A stretch of 64,000 nt of DNA, taken from Octopus vulgaris (taxonomy: Eukaryota). Below, piece after piece: positions 39,381 to 52,245 of this stretch. The DNA is taken from the NCBI GenBank assembly GCA_951406725.2, contig OX597818.1:92876001-92940000 (forward strand), in the 5' to 3' direction. The notes beneath the pieces are model-generated. The model had not been told where the DNA came from. It was given only the letters and a program-made list of their open reading frames with translations, and did not search any database. Within the stretch, counting starts at the first letter, position 1, and the number at the start of each line of letters is the position of its first letter. The translations under genes and the position numbers were made by a program.

Positions 39381-39567
39381 CAGAGTGGGCCAAAAGTCAC
39401 GCAACAAAACATTTGATTTTTTTATCATTTGTTTTATTCATCATGTACAAGTACGTGTTTATTCATCATTATTTTATCTATTTTATTCAATATTAGAAAA
39501 CGTGAAGCATGTCTATGTCAATTCCTGAGCGTATTGAACTTATGTGCGTCACTTTTGGCCCACCTTG
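39381..39567. mobile_element. Tc1/mariner MITE
   Basis: TIR CAGAGTGGGCCAAAAGTCACGC/GCGTCACTTTTGGCCCACCTTG, TA TSD. Confidence 0.8.
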
Positions 39568-39823
39568 TATATACTTAATAGAAATTTTCGAAGCTTTAAA
39601 AGCGACAATGTAGCCTTAATAGTTGCCGAGAGAATAACATGATTAAGACACCACACCACCGGCCAGTTCTTTGACAAAAAAAAAAAAAAAATGAAAAGAA
39701 AAGGATCTAATGTAAGGCCGGTTTCCAGGGTTCTGTAGCATATATATTCGATGTGTCAGTCTGTTGCAGGATTACTCATTTTTGCCAGCTGAGTGGATTG
39801 GAGCGACTTCAAAAGAAGTGTTT

Positions 39824-40322
39824 GGATCTTTTCCTGTTGAACGGCACATGTCAACACAATTTCTAGTTAACTAAACACTTTAAAACTTCGTATACTGGTA
39901 GAATGTGTCAAAATAAAACATTTTTTTTCTCTTGGCTTTCTTGAGAAAATTGTAATTTGTTTGTTTAACGTAGTTTAATTTTTCGAATTTTAACCAATGA
40001 ATCGCCTCTAGTGAGCTAAAATCATTTGCTGCGTCTAAAACTGGACAACATCCTGTCACTAACCCTAACCCTCACCCTCACCCCAACCCTAACCCTAAAT
40101 TTTAGCCTTTCGTTTTGTTTTTCTTAATTGTTAAATTAATTTAATTGTTTGTTATCCTTAAATTAATTTAACAATTAAGAAAAAAAAACGAAAGGCTAAA
40201 ATTTAGGGTTAGGATGAGGGTGAGGGTTAGGGTTAGGGTTAGTGACAGGATGTTGTCTCAGTTTTAGACGCAGCAAATGATTTTAGCTCAATTAGAGGCA
40301 ATTGATTGGTTAAAATTCGAAA
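39824..40322. mobile_element. Palindromic GGATC-terminal MITE with internal telomeric repeats, inserted in a SINE
   Basis: Arms 39981-40143/40159-40322; CCCTAA-type units 40059-40098 and TTAGGG-type units 40203-40242; right end truncated. Confidence 0.8.
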
Positions 40323-40443
40323 TGCAACGTATCGCCCGGTCCAGCTATTGAAGAGTGCAACACCCTTAGCACTAAGCCACGCGCCTCCAAGACAAGCGCG
40401 GCTATATTCCTTTTTACTATAAGTACAAAGCTTGAAATTTTAG

Positions 40444-41429
40444 GGATCTGGTCTTTCTCATTGGCAAAATGAGCCGCTCCCCTTAATTTTGCTCAGATTC
40501 CTTTTAGTTTTGGTGCATCGAGGCAACTTTGAATTTTGATTACGATCAACCAGTTACTTTATCTTGTAAATTAAAGAATCTGATGTTGAAATTTGGGCAA
40601 TTTTAGCCAATCAACAGACAGCGTGGCATTAGCAGCTTCTTACCATGACAACCGCACGCTATGTTGTGGTTCACTGTTGTCTGTGTTGATTTTTTACACT
40701 TGATTCTTCTTTTGGGACTCATTGACTCAGATAACTGGATTTATGATTTCAGATAAAAATTTTAATTAGGAGTATTTGTTAGACCGTTAGCTTCACATTT
40801 CAACAGCTTAACTGGCAAAAATATACACGATACAAGTATTTTTCTCCTTGGGACAAATTTATTGACCAGTGTTATTCCTATTGTAGTTTACAAATCCAAG
40901 CATGAAAACGTTACTCAACTTTGGAGTTTTCAAGACAGACGTCTGCTTTTCACACACACACACACAAGAACTTATGTATTAATGATGTACACAAATACAT
41001 GACAGGTATACATAATACCGAAATACGCAGGAAGTAAACACATACAGACAATTATATTAATATAATTTTCCTTAATAATTTAAAAAATACAATCAATGAA
41101 GAGACAAAAGAAACAGTAAGATGATACATGTTGATTTTATTAGGTATTTCTGTTTATTTACAAACCTACAATAACAGGTCAGACGCTAAACTATAAATTT
41201 CACAGGGTACAACCTTAAAGTTGACACCACCCCGGTCTCGCTATTGGCTATAAATACACAGTTTTTCGATTTTTAAACCTCTGTAACTTTTTCTCCAATT
41301 TTTTCCTCCACAACATCATACCTTCAAAGCAATGAGAATGGAAGGCTACATTATTATAGCCGATTTTCAGATTTTTTACTTCCTTTTGAATAAATGTATA
41401 TTTTGTGAATGAAAACAAAAACTAGATCC
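40444..41429. mobile_element. GGATC-terminal non-autonomous DNA transposon with 8-bp TSD (Merlin-like)
   Basis: GGATCTGGTCTTTCTCATT / AATGAAAACAAAACTAGATCC; TSD AATTTTAG/AATTTTGG; splits a family A SINE. Confidence 0.7.
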
Positions 41430-41700
41430 AATTTTGGAAAGGGGGCTAGATTAGCGCTTATTTTATTGCCTCCGAAAGAATAAACGGCAAAATTGACCTC
41501 GGAAAGTAAAGCTAGAAGAAATACCGCTAAGCATTTTGTCCGGTGTACTAACGACGCTGCGAACTAGCCGCCTTATCAAGAGAGGGACTATATTAACAGA
41601 AATAATAGTTCAATCTGTCAAAGTCAATAGCAAATATAATAATTCTACGATGAATAAAGACGATCGTTGAGATTTAGTGACCAGCAAAAACAATATTAAT

Positions 41701-41832
41701 GGATCTTTTTTGTTTGGTTGCACCTGTGGAAATTTCAAAGTTTAGTGAAAGTTTAAAAATTTAGTGTATTGTCCATGTTCTAAATCCAAATCTCGCTGCG
41801 GTCAACTTCCTTCCTTCTAAACAGAAAAGATC
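41701..41832. mobile_element. 132-bp GGATC-terminal MITE
   Basis: GGATCTTTTTTGTTT / AAACAGAAAAGATCC; no clear TSD. Confidence 0.55.
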
Positions 41833-42338
41833 CAACTTCAGCACTGAATAACAATAATAATATTGGCTTCAAATTTTGACACAAGGTTTATCATTATATA
41901 AGGTTGTTCCAAAAGTTCGTAGAAAGTCTTGGAAAATAATGGTCTTTATTTTGAGGAATAATTTTTGTTGTTTTTGTTAGTACTTGGCGAGTAAAAATTC
42001 AATTTTCGCAAGTGTTTACGAAGTTTTGGGACAACCTAATAATATCAGCAAAGGTTATGTATGAGTATGTGCTACATTACTTTATTAGCTGCTGGTCGTG
42101 TAGAGTAAGTATTATGAGTCGAATAGGGTGGTTATTATATAGAGTATATATTGTGCACAACGAGCTGAGGTATAGAAGTATATATGTGCTATGTAGAATG
42201 TAAGCTATGGGGTTCTCTTGGGTGATGGGGGGGGGTCTGTCTGTTACTTTTAACATCTGGTATAGTATGTTTTTGTTTACCTTGATTCTAGTTGCACTAG
42301 ATCAACGGTTAGTAAAAAAAAACAGCTACGAAAATAAG

Positions 42339-42441
42339 ATCGGAAAAGAAGCTAATATCTAGTACAGACTATACAACCAATTCAGTGAGACATCGGAAAA
42401 GAAGCTAATATCTAGTACAGACTATACAACCAATTCAGTGA
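42339..42441 (+). repeat. ~53-bp tandem duplication within a decayed Dong-like fragment
   Basis: ATCGGAAAAGAAGCTAATATCTAGTACAGACTATACAACCAATTCAGTGA twice. Confidence 0.85.
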
Positions 42442-43027
42442 TCACATCGTCGCTGATTTCTCAGTCCTTGGTAAACTAAATATAAACACAAACATGACCA
42501 AACCAGGCAGCTTCAATTATTATTGATGTTGTTCTTACTTTTATGTTCCGCATTCTGTTTATTTCAGTTCCAAGAATCTTGTATTTTGACAGTTTTTCCA
42601 CTTCCTTTCGAGTAGAGATTTTGTCGGAAGAGTTTGCTATACCCATCAGCGTGCAGATGTTTTAGTTTCAATCCTTAATTATTATAACTGGAATATTTAC
42701 GTTGATTGGTCAATTGGGATAGATGTGTTTCAGATGATTGTGGCCAGGTGCCGTTAGATGTTAATCTTTCATCATTTACTGCTTTCAGTTATTGGATTGC
42801 GGCCTTCAACAAATCTCCCCAGTACTAAAGTTATTTTTTTCTCAGTCTGGTACTAATTCTGTCGCTTTCTTTTGCTGAAGTAGTATGGCGCAAAGTCGTA
42901 AACAAACCAACGACGGCTGTCAAGCAGTGGTTGGGTTTAAATGCACACACCACATTCATAGATCTATGGATATGTTATATATTATATATCTACGAATATA
43001 AACATAAATATATATATATATTTAATT

Positions 43028-43448
43028 ACTCTTTTACTCTTTACTCTTTTACTTGTTTCAGTCATTTGACTGCGGCCATGCTGGAGCACCGCCTTTAGTC
43101 GAGCAAATCGACCCCGGGACTTATTCTTTGTAAGCCCAGTACTTATTCTATCGGTCTCTTTTGCCGAACCGCTAAGTGACGTGGACGTAAACACACCAGC
43201 ATCGGTTGTCAAGTAATGCTAGAGGGACAAACACAGACACACAAACATATACACACACACACTTATATATATATATACATATATACGACAGGCTTCTTTC
43301 AGTTTCCGTCTACCAAATCCACTCACAAGGCATTGGTCGGCCCGAGGCTATAGCAGAAGACACTTGCCCAAGATGCCACGCAGTGGGACTGAACCCGCAA
43401 CCATGTGGTTGGTTAGCAAGCTACTTACCACACAGCCACTCCTGCGCC
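43028..43448 (-). mobile_element. Full-length SINE family B
   Basis: tRNA-like head, CORE-like body, internal microsatellite, LINE-like tail with (AAGAGTA)n; near-identical to 45385-45806. Confidence 0.9.
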
Positions 43449-43732
43449 TACGGCTAAAATTGCCTCATTAAGGGATAAAACTATCCAATGAATTATTGGC
43501 TCATTGCCAATTATTACTTTTTTTTTAATAGGTCCAAGTACAAATCTTGGTTTATAAATATTCAAATTAAAATTCAGAAAATGGAGATATAACATTGCAA
43601 AAATCCAAATATTGAATTTTTGCAGTTAATAAGCTGTATTACTGCTACATCTCTATTTTCTGAATTTTAATTTTAATATAATATAATATAATATGATATA
43701 ATATAATATAACATAATTTGATATAATATATG

Positions 43733-43783
<51 letters not shown>

Positions 43784-43821
43784 TGTATGTATGTATGTAT
43801 GTATATATGTATGTATGTATG

Positions 43822-43856
<35 letters not shown>

Positions 43857-44006
43857 ATGTATGTATATATATGTATATATGTATATTGGCCTGCTCACTT
43901 AGCCAGCGGGGTGGTGTCATTTGAAGGCTAAAACAATGCGAAGCGCATTGTGACCAGCAATGTGTAACAACATCTGATAGCCTGGTCGGTCACGGTGATC
44001 ACGGTG

Positions 44007-44078
<72 letters not shown>

Positions 44079-44834
44079 ATCATATAATAGAAAAATATAT
44101 AAACACACACACACACACATATATATATGTGTGCGTGTGCGTGTATGTATGTATATATATATGTACATATACATATGTATACATGTGTGTGTGTGTGTTT
44201 ATCTATATATGTGTGTGTGCGTTTGTATTTATGTATGTATGTATGTGTGTGTGTATGTATGTATACGATGGGCTTCCACAGTTTACATCTACCAGATCCA
44301 CTCTCAAGGCACACTGGCTGACCCGGGGCTGTAGTAGAAGACACTTGCCCAAAGTGCCGCGCAGTGCGACTGAACCTGAAACCATGTGGTTGCACAGCGA
44401 ACTACTTAAACCTCACAGCCAGGCTCGCGCAGTTGATGCCGTTTTGTATGCTTCACGGGGAATTTTTATCCAACATTCATTGCTGCCGGTTTAGTTATGC
44501 TTGTGTATACGTCTACGTATTTAGTTTACCAAGCACTGGGCATTCAGTGATGTGATCAACATTCTCATTGTATTGGTTATATAGTCTCCACTTGATATTA
44601 GCATCTTCTTTCACTATCTTATTTTCGCAATTGGTTTTGACTAACCATTGATCCAGTGCAATTCGAATCAAACCTTGTATTTCTGCTTCTGTTCCAGAGC
44701 TTCTAAGACATTGTTAAATCCCACTTTAGCTTACTTCTTCTCCATCAAACCTTTCAGGTTATTTACAGTCTTGAGATTACGGCTTTGAGAATTTCTGCTC
44801 AATATATGTATGAAAGACAACTGTTCTAGGATTT

Positions 44835-45173
44835 TTTTTTTTTTTTTTCCCTTACTCCGCCGGTTACGACGACGAGGGTCCCAGCTGATACGATCAACGG
44901 AACAGCTTGCTCGTGAAATTAACGTGCAAATGGCTGAGCATTCCACAGACACGTGTACCCTTAACGTAGTTCTCGGGGATAATCAGCGTGACACAGAGAG
45001 TGGCAAGGCTGACCCTTTGAAATACAAGTACAACTCATTTTTGCCAGCTGAGTGGACTGGAGCAACGTGAAATAAAGTGTCTTGCTCAAGGACACAACGC
45101 GTCGCCGGGAATCGAACTCACAACCTTACGATCATGAGCCGAATGCCCTAACCACTAAGCCACGCGCCCTCAC
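44835..45173 (-). mobile_element. Full-length SINE family C
   Basis: tRNA-like head GTGGCTTAGTGG..GAGTTCGATTCCC, A-tail, 10-bp TSD TCTAGGATTT. Confidence 0.9.
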
Positions 45174-45384
45174 TCTAGGATTTACAGTTTTGAGATTACG
45201 GTTTTAAGAATTTCTGCTCAATTGGCTATTGGTCATAGAATAGCTTTCTCTTTAATTTCTTCAATATATTTTGGAATTTCACTTTCACTTTGTCTTTTTA
45301 GTCTCTTCAATTATTTTATCATAAATTAAAACCTTTATTTCAATGTAATAGGAGTTTCCTCTTTTTATGCTCTCACTTTTTACT

Positions 45385-45806
45385 CTCTTTTACTCTTTTA
45401 CTCTTTTACTTGTTGCAGTCATTTGACAGCGGCCATGCTGGAGCACCGCCTTTTAGTCGAGCAAATCGACCCCGGGACTTATTCTTTGTAAGCCCAGTAC
45501 TTATTCTATCGGTCTCTTTTGCCGAACCGCTAAGTGACGGGGATCTAAACACACCAGCATCGGTTGTCAAGCAATGCTAGGGGGACAAACACAGACACAC
45601 AAACACACACACACACACGCATATATATATATATACATATATACGACAGGCTTCTTTCAGTTTCCGTCTGCCAAATCCACTCACAAGGCATTGGTCGGCC
45701 CGGGGCTATAGCAGAAGACACTTGCCCAAGATGCCACGCAGTGGGACTGAACCCGGAACCATGTGGTTGGTTAGCAAGCTACTTACCACACAGCCACCCC
45801 TGCGCC
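45385..45806 (-). mobile_element. Full-length SINE family B
   Basis: Near-identical to 43028-43448. Confidence 0.9.
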
Positions 45807-45927
45807 TATCAATAGGGATTTTTTGTTTCTTTATTTCGCATGTCAACTTCTTGTTTCTTCCTAATCATTTTCTTACTCTGCTGTTATTGTTTTGCAGCAG
45901 TTTTCTATTTGTATCAGATCCCGCACG

Positions 45928-46001
<74 letters not shown>

Positions 46002-46031
46002 ATATATACATATATGTATGCAATATATATA

Positions 46032-46372
46032 CGAGGTGGTATCAAAAGTTTCCCGGACTAGTAATGTTTGATTTTTAAAAATGACTTATTTACCAAAGTT
46101 TTAGCAATACCTCCTTCGAAATAATCGCCTTGCGCAGCGATGCACCGGTCCCAGCGTTCCTGCCATTTTTGGAATCCGGCCTGGAAGTCTTTTTCTGTAA
46201 GTGACTCGAGGACATTCTGAGATTTGCTCTGGATCTCGACATCGATGTTAAAACGGCGACCTTTAAGCTGCATTTTCATTTTCGGGAAGAGATAGAAGTC
46301 CGCAGGAGCTAAATCTGTCGAATAGGCCGGATGCAGAAGCAATACCATGTTGTTTTTGGTGTGAAACTCGCG
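46032..46372 (-). mobile_element. mariner transposon 3' fragment
   Basis: HPAYSTDLAPADFYLFPKMK..LKGRRF (YSPDLAP motif), CIAAQGDYFE; TIR next to TA. Confidence 0.88.
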
Positions 46373-46376
46373 AGTG

Positions 46377-46542
46377 AGGCGTAGGAGTGGCTGTGTGGTA
46401 AGTAGTTGGCTCACCAACCACATGTTTCCGGGTTCAGTCCCATTGCGTGGCGCCTTGGGCAAGTGTCTTCTGCTATAGCCTCGAGCCGACCAAAGCTTTG
46501 TGAGTGGATTTGGTAGACGGAAACTGAAAGAAGCCCGTCGTG

Positions 46543-46573
<31 letters not shown>

Positions 46574-46715
46574 GCTTGTGTGTCTGTGTTTGTCCCCTAC
46601 CATCGCTTGACAACCGTACTAGGCCCACAAGGAATAAGTCCTGAGGTCGATTCGTTCGACTAAAGGCAGTGATCCAGCATGGCCGCAGTCAAATGCCTGA
46701 AACCAGTAAAAGAAT
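46377..46715 (+). mobile_element. SINE family B
   Basis: Same head, body and tail as 43028-43448. Confidence 0.85.
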
Positions 46716-46810
46716 ACATACACACACACACACACACACACTCAAACATACATATATACATACATATATATGTGAGTGTGTGTGTGTGTGTATTCATATA
46801 TATATGTGAC

Positions 46811-46882
<72 letters not shown>

Positions 46883-47577
46883 TCACTTCCTCGTAGCTCA
46901 GTGGCCCGGCGTAAGAGATTGATGGAATAAATGGCGGTCTTGATCTTGAGAGAGGAAATGATGGGATCAATTCATTTTACTGGAAACTCTTGAAGGCGGT
47001 ACCCAAGCATAGAAGCAGTCCAGTAATTGAAACAAATTAGAGATAAAAAGATGTCATCTAGAACCGTGCAAGCCTATGATCAAAGGACATTCTGCATGGA
47101 AGTAAGGAGTTTAAGAACTAGCTACGTGCAATAGGTCGACCAGCTCTGACCTTGAGTATAGCAACGATGCCACGACTAACTGAAATGATATTCACTGATA
47201 ATATTGGTTTCAAATTTTAGCACAAGGCTAGCAAGTTCAGTAAAGGGGTTGAGTCGATTAAATCGACCCCAGTACTCAACTGATACTTATTTTAGGAAAG
47301 GCAAAGTCAACCTCGGTAGAGTTTGAACTCAGAACGCAAAGACATGAAATGCCGCTAAGCATTCTGCCCGTCGCAGTAAAGATTCACCCAGCTGACCGCT
47401 TTATTGACTACCACTGATACGACTTGAATTCTAACAATTTTATTTACAAAAACAATTTGGTATTTTAGAAATTAAGGAAATCTCGAACGCAGGATATTAG
47501 CTGAGAAATGCCCTTACAGATGTGGCTAACAACACACACTGTAGCGGCTCAGCACAAGCGACCTATAGAATAAATGC

Positions 47578-48270
47578 CAGTGGTTCTCAACCGGGGTCCA
47601 TATGGCTCTTGAGGGTCTATATGAGATTTTACCGTTAACATTAGTGCAATGAATTGGTTATGCTCCTACAATACACAAAATATTTTCATAATTTTTTAAG
47701 CAATTCCTAATATTTAATTACAAAAACAAGGTGGCGAGCTGGCAGAAACGTTAGCACGCTGGGCGAAATGCTTAGCGGTATTTCGTCTGACGCTGCATTC
47801 TGAGTTCAAATTCCGCCGAGGTCGACTTTGCCTTTCATCCTTTCGGGGGTTGACAAATTAAGTACCAGTAATTAAGTACCCACTGGGGTCGATGTAATCG
47901 ACTTAATCCGTTTGTCTGTCCTTGTTTGTCCTCTCTGTGTTTAGCCCCTTGTGGGTAGTAAAGAAATAGGTATTTCGTTTGCCGCTACGTTCTGAGTTCA
48001 AATTCCACCGAGGTCGACTTTGCCTTTCACCCTTTCGGGGTCGATTAAATAAGTACCAGTTACGCACTGGGGTCGATATAATCGACTTAATCCGTTTGTC
48101 TGCCCTTGTTTGTCCTCTCTGTGTTTAGCCCCTTGTGGGTAGTAAAGAAATAGATATTTAATTACAAAATTAAAATACGAATCTTTCAAACATGGAATAA
48201 TTACAAGGGTCCATCTGAGTAGAACAGGAGTCGAAGGGGACCATGGGCATAAAACGGTTGAGAACCACAG
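47578..48270. mobile_element. hAT MITE containing a dimeric family A SINE (47726-48153)
   Basis: TIR CAGTGGTTCTCAACCG/CGGTTGAGAACCACAG; SINE TSD ATATTTAATTACAAAA (16 bp). Confidence 0.85.
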
Positions 48271-48682
48271 CTTTAAGTTGTTTTTACAGCTATTCTTCTG
48301 CGTTCGGGATTTACTTCATTTCCAAAACACCAACTCACTCGACGCTTCAATGTTTGTTTATAAAAATGCTCCACTTCTTATTAGCTACAGTAATAAAATA
48401 GTTGTATGACGCCAGTTTCAAATTTAAATGTTTGTAATATTATAGATCGGGCAGTTGTCGACACGACGCTACAGCACAATGATGAATTTTATGAAGACTT
48501 AGAAATAATTCCAGATGCAGGTTGGTCATTAAGTTTTGAAAAAGTATATTTACAAATTTATTTACTTTCAATTTGATTCCTTTTTCACAGACACTCCAAT
48601 CTGGTTTGTTATATATTAAATTTATGACACATATATATGCACGTATATACATACATATATGCACACATACACACACACATAT

Positions 48683-48748
<66 letters not shown>

Positions 48749-48994
48749 TGTATGTATGTATGTATGTATATGTATGTATGTATATGTATATATATGTATA
48801 TACATCTGTTTGTTGTCTACACCACCTGTCTTCGTTTTCTTTTTATTTATTTTTGTGAATTCTCTCCCTATATATCCCGTCCGTGTTTTTTGCATCGTCT
48901 TCTAAATGTTTTACGTTCTTTTCCCAGTTTGTATTTTTCTACATAAAATGATATATATATATATATATATATATAACATAAGGGACAAACCATC

Positions 48995-49035
<41 letters not shown>

Positions 49036-49036
49036 G

Positions 49037-49067
<31 letters not shown>

Positions 49068-49110
49068 TCCTTTTAGGAATTATTATTTATATATATATAT
49101 ATATATATAT

Positions 49111-50328
49111 AATTTAGAGAAAAACCTCTATTAAACAATTCAATAAAGAAAGATGTTATTCACACCATATAGAAAACATATACTATAAAAAAAAACCTTA
49201 TTCTAAAAATCAATAAAATACAATAAATAGTAAATAGCAGAAAAAAGACTACGCACATTTCATGACTATATTTTCAAATAGTTAATAATAATAAAATCAA
49301 TTCGATAAAAATATTAAGTACAATTTAAATTGGGAGATAGGTTGTAATTTTTGTTTATGTACTAACGAATTTAAGTAGATATTATTAACTAATAATAAAA
49401 ATTTGATTCATTCCCTAGACGACAAAAAATTAAATGTAGACATAAATTAAATTACTTACATAATAAGTTTAGCTAATTTGTGTATAAACCCTGTTTTATG
49501 TTACTAATTGTTGTAGTTATAATTTGTAGTAGCAAAATGTGTATAAATTAGCCCGAGATTATATAGTCTATAATTAGAATAAGTTGAAAATTAGATGTTT
49601 TAAAATAAATAAATAAATGAAAATCGATTAAATTATAGAATTTTAGCTTGATTTATGTTTATTATATCATGTATTTTACGTATTTAGTATTTAAATTATC
49701 TAGACTTTACAATTTTTCCAGTTAATGGTATATTAAAGTTAATTCTTATTCTTTATTCTTACAGCTAATGTACATTTGTAATTTTAATAGCTTAAATACA
49801 TATTTCTACCCATTTCTTCTATAAATTCTATTTACGCCATATTTTCCCGCGATATATTTCTTATAAACGCTAAGTTCAACGTTTTACTTTTAAACTTTTA
49901 AGTTAACAAAAATCGTTCGACAAGATAAATCATATTTTTATTTTAAGTAATATTGTTAAATGTTTTTCGATTATTTATAGTTGATACACGTATTTTTTTA
50001 TATATTATTTGATAATTAGCATAAGTAAAGATAAGTACATTTATTCTATTATTATTTTTTATTATTTATTATCTTAGACCTGATGAGTGACTATATTTTA
50101 AAATAGAATTAATTTTAGTTCGATTTAATTTTACATCGAATTGATTTTAGTATTATTATCTATTTGAAAATATAGTCATGAAACGTGCGTAGTCTTTTTA
50201 CTACTATTTAACTATCTATTGTACTTTATTAATTTTTAGAATAAGGTTTTTTATAGTATATGTTTTCTATATGGTGTAAATAACATCTTTCTTTATTGAA
50301 TTGTTTATAAGACGTTTTTCTCTAAATT
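49111..50328 (+). mobile_element. 1.2-kb TA-embedded element with ~200-bp inverted ends (Penelope-like, inverted pseudo-LTR)
   Basis: 49111-49310 is the reverse complement of ~50130-50328; hammerhead motif at the right end. Confidence 0.75.
50076..50195 (+). ncRNA. Type I minimal hammerhead ribozyme
   Basis: Stem I AGAC/GTCT, CTGATGA 50080-50086, long stem II 50087-50179, GAAA 50180-50183, short stem III ACG-TG-CGT, cleavage triplet GUA (after 50191). Confidence 0.75.
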
Positions 50329-50411
50329 ATATACATATATTATATAATGTGAAATTTGATTTAAAATTGTTAAATTGAATTGTTCCCTGTAAGTTTTGGA
50401 AATATATTCTT

Positions 50412-50919
<508 letters not shown>

Positions 50920-51446
50920 GTTGTATGTGGTCTCCCCACACAATACAAGGTATCATAAAGTCGAAGCACCTCAAAGGGCAATTAAAAAGATATATGGCAT
51001 GATATCGATATTATATATAAAAGCTATAAACTCTATTATATCCAACGTCGTCGTGAGCGCTACATATATATGATGTATAAATATTATATATTGCCCAAAT
51101 GATGTTATACCTTTAAAGTACATATATATATCCGCCCAAAACAAAAATACTCTATCTCATAACAACAATACGGCACAATTATTTCACCTCAATTGGCCCC
51201 GCTCTCTTATATATTTATTACATATACACATTAATATATGAAACTGATATATCTTTACAGATTCCTTCAAGAAATCCGGATAAACCCCCTACACCCGGAT
51301 ATGTCTCTGTAAACAATAACTCTCTACTTGAGTGGGCCATAGTGCCCAAATTCTGACTTGAAAGACTTCACCAGGTGGTGCTATTAAGTTAGACATGGCC
51401 TGGGCCAATAATGCCGAAACCTATCAAAGTATCAAAGTATCAAAGT
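50920..51446 (+). mobile_element. CR1/L2-group LINE 3' fragment related to 7385-10409
   Basis: WSPHTIQ, EAPQRA, RIPDKP; identical GGTGGTGCTATTAAGTTAGACATGGCC tail motif, then (TATCAAAG)3; TA on both sides. Confidence 0.85.
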
Positions 51447-51581
51447 ATATATGTATATATATATATATGTATATATGTATATATATATATATGTATATAC
51501 ATATATATATGTATATATATGTATATATATATATGTATATACATATATATATGTATATATATGTATATATATATATTTATG

Positions 51582-51669
<88 letters not shown>

Positions 51670-51674
51670 TATAT

Positions 51675-52195
51675 GCAACCCTCTATGGGATAACGTATAT
51701 CCAATATACTGCTAGTGAAGTACCCAACAAAGTTAATACATAAATGTTAAGGATTGCGATGCAATCAATTCATTTACTGTATGATATGGGCAAAGGTAAA
51801 ATGATTTACCACAAATTAATAATACAAGATAAGAAAATGGAGAAATACATCTAAATCAAATATCAATTACCAGATAATACTCAATCACATACTTTATTAA
51901 ACCACCACATAAGAGACTGTAGGGTTAAGTATATTTATATTTACTTGTATTTATATTCTCTTTTATATATATTCTACTTATTATACAACATTACTCTTTT
52001 ATGTACACTTTTTTATGTACATTCCTTTATGTACACTGATTTGTTCTGTTCTTTATATTTAACCCTACAGTCTCTTATATGGTGGTTTAATAAAGTATGT
52101 GATTGAGTAATTGATATTTGAGTAATTGATATTGAGTAATTGATATCTGGTAATTGATATTTGATTTAGATGTATTTCTCCATTTTCTTATCTTG

Positions 52196-52196
<1 letters not shown>
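51675..52196. mobile_element. TA-embedded fold-back element, copy 1
   Basis: Internal inverted repeat 51823-51928/52059-52196; shares sequence with 56733-57470. Confidence 0.75.
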
Positions 52197-52241
<45 letters not shown>

Positions 52242-52245
52242 TATA

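Noticed and set aside
40059-40242. Telomere fusion scar
   Set aside because: Orientation is CCCTAA then TTAGGG (not fusion geometry), and the repeats are part of a multi-copy palindromic MITE
44700-44800. Minus-strand exon ending at a GTAAGC donor
   Set aside because: Lies in a decayed Dong-like fragment (EAEIQGLIRIALDQ..HITECPVL)
45090-45173. tRNA gene
   Set aside because: A/B boxes run directly into a SINE body with A-tail and TSD; no complete cloverleaf
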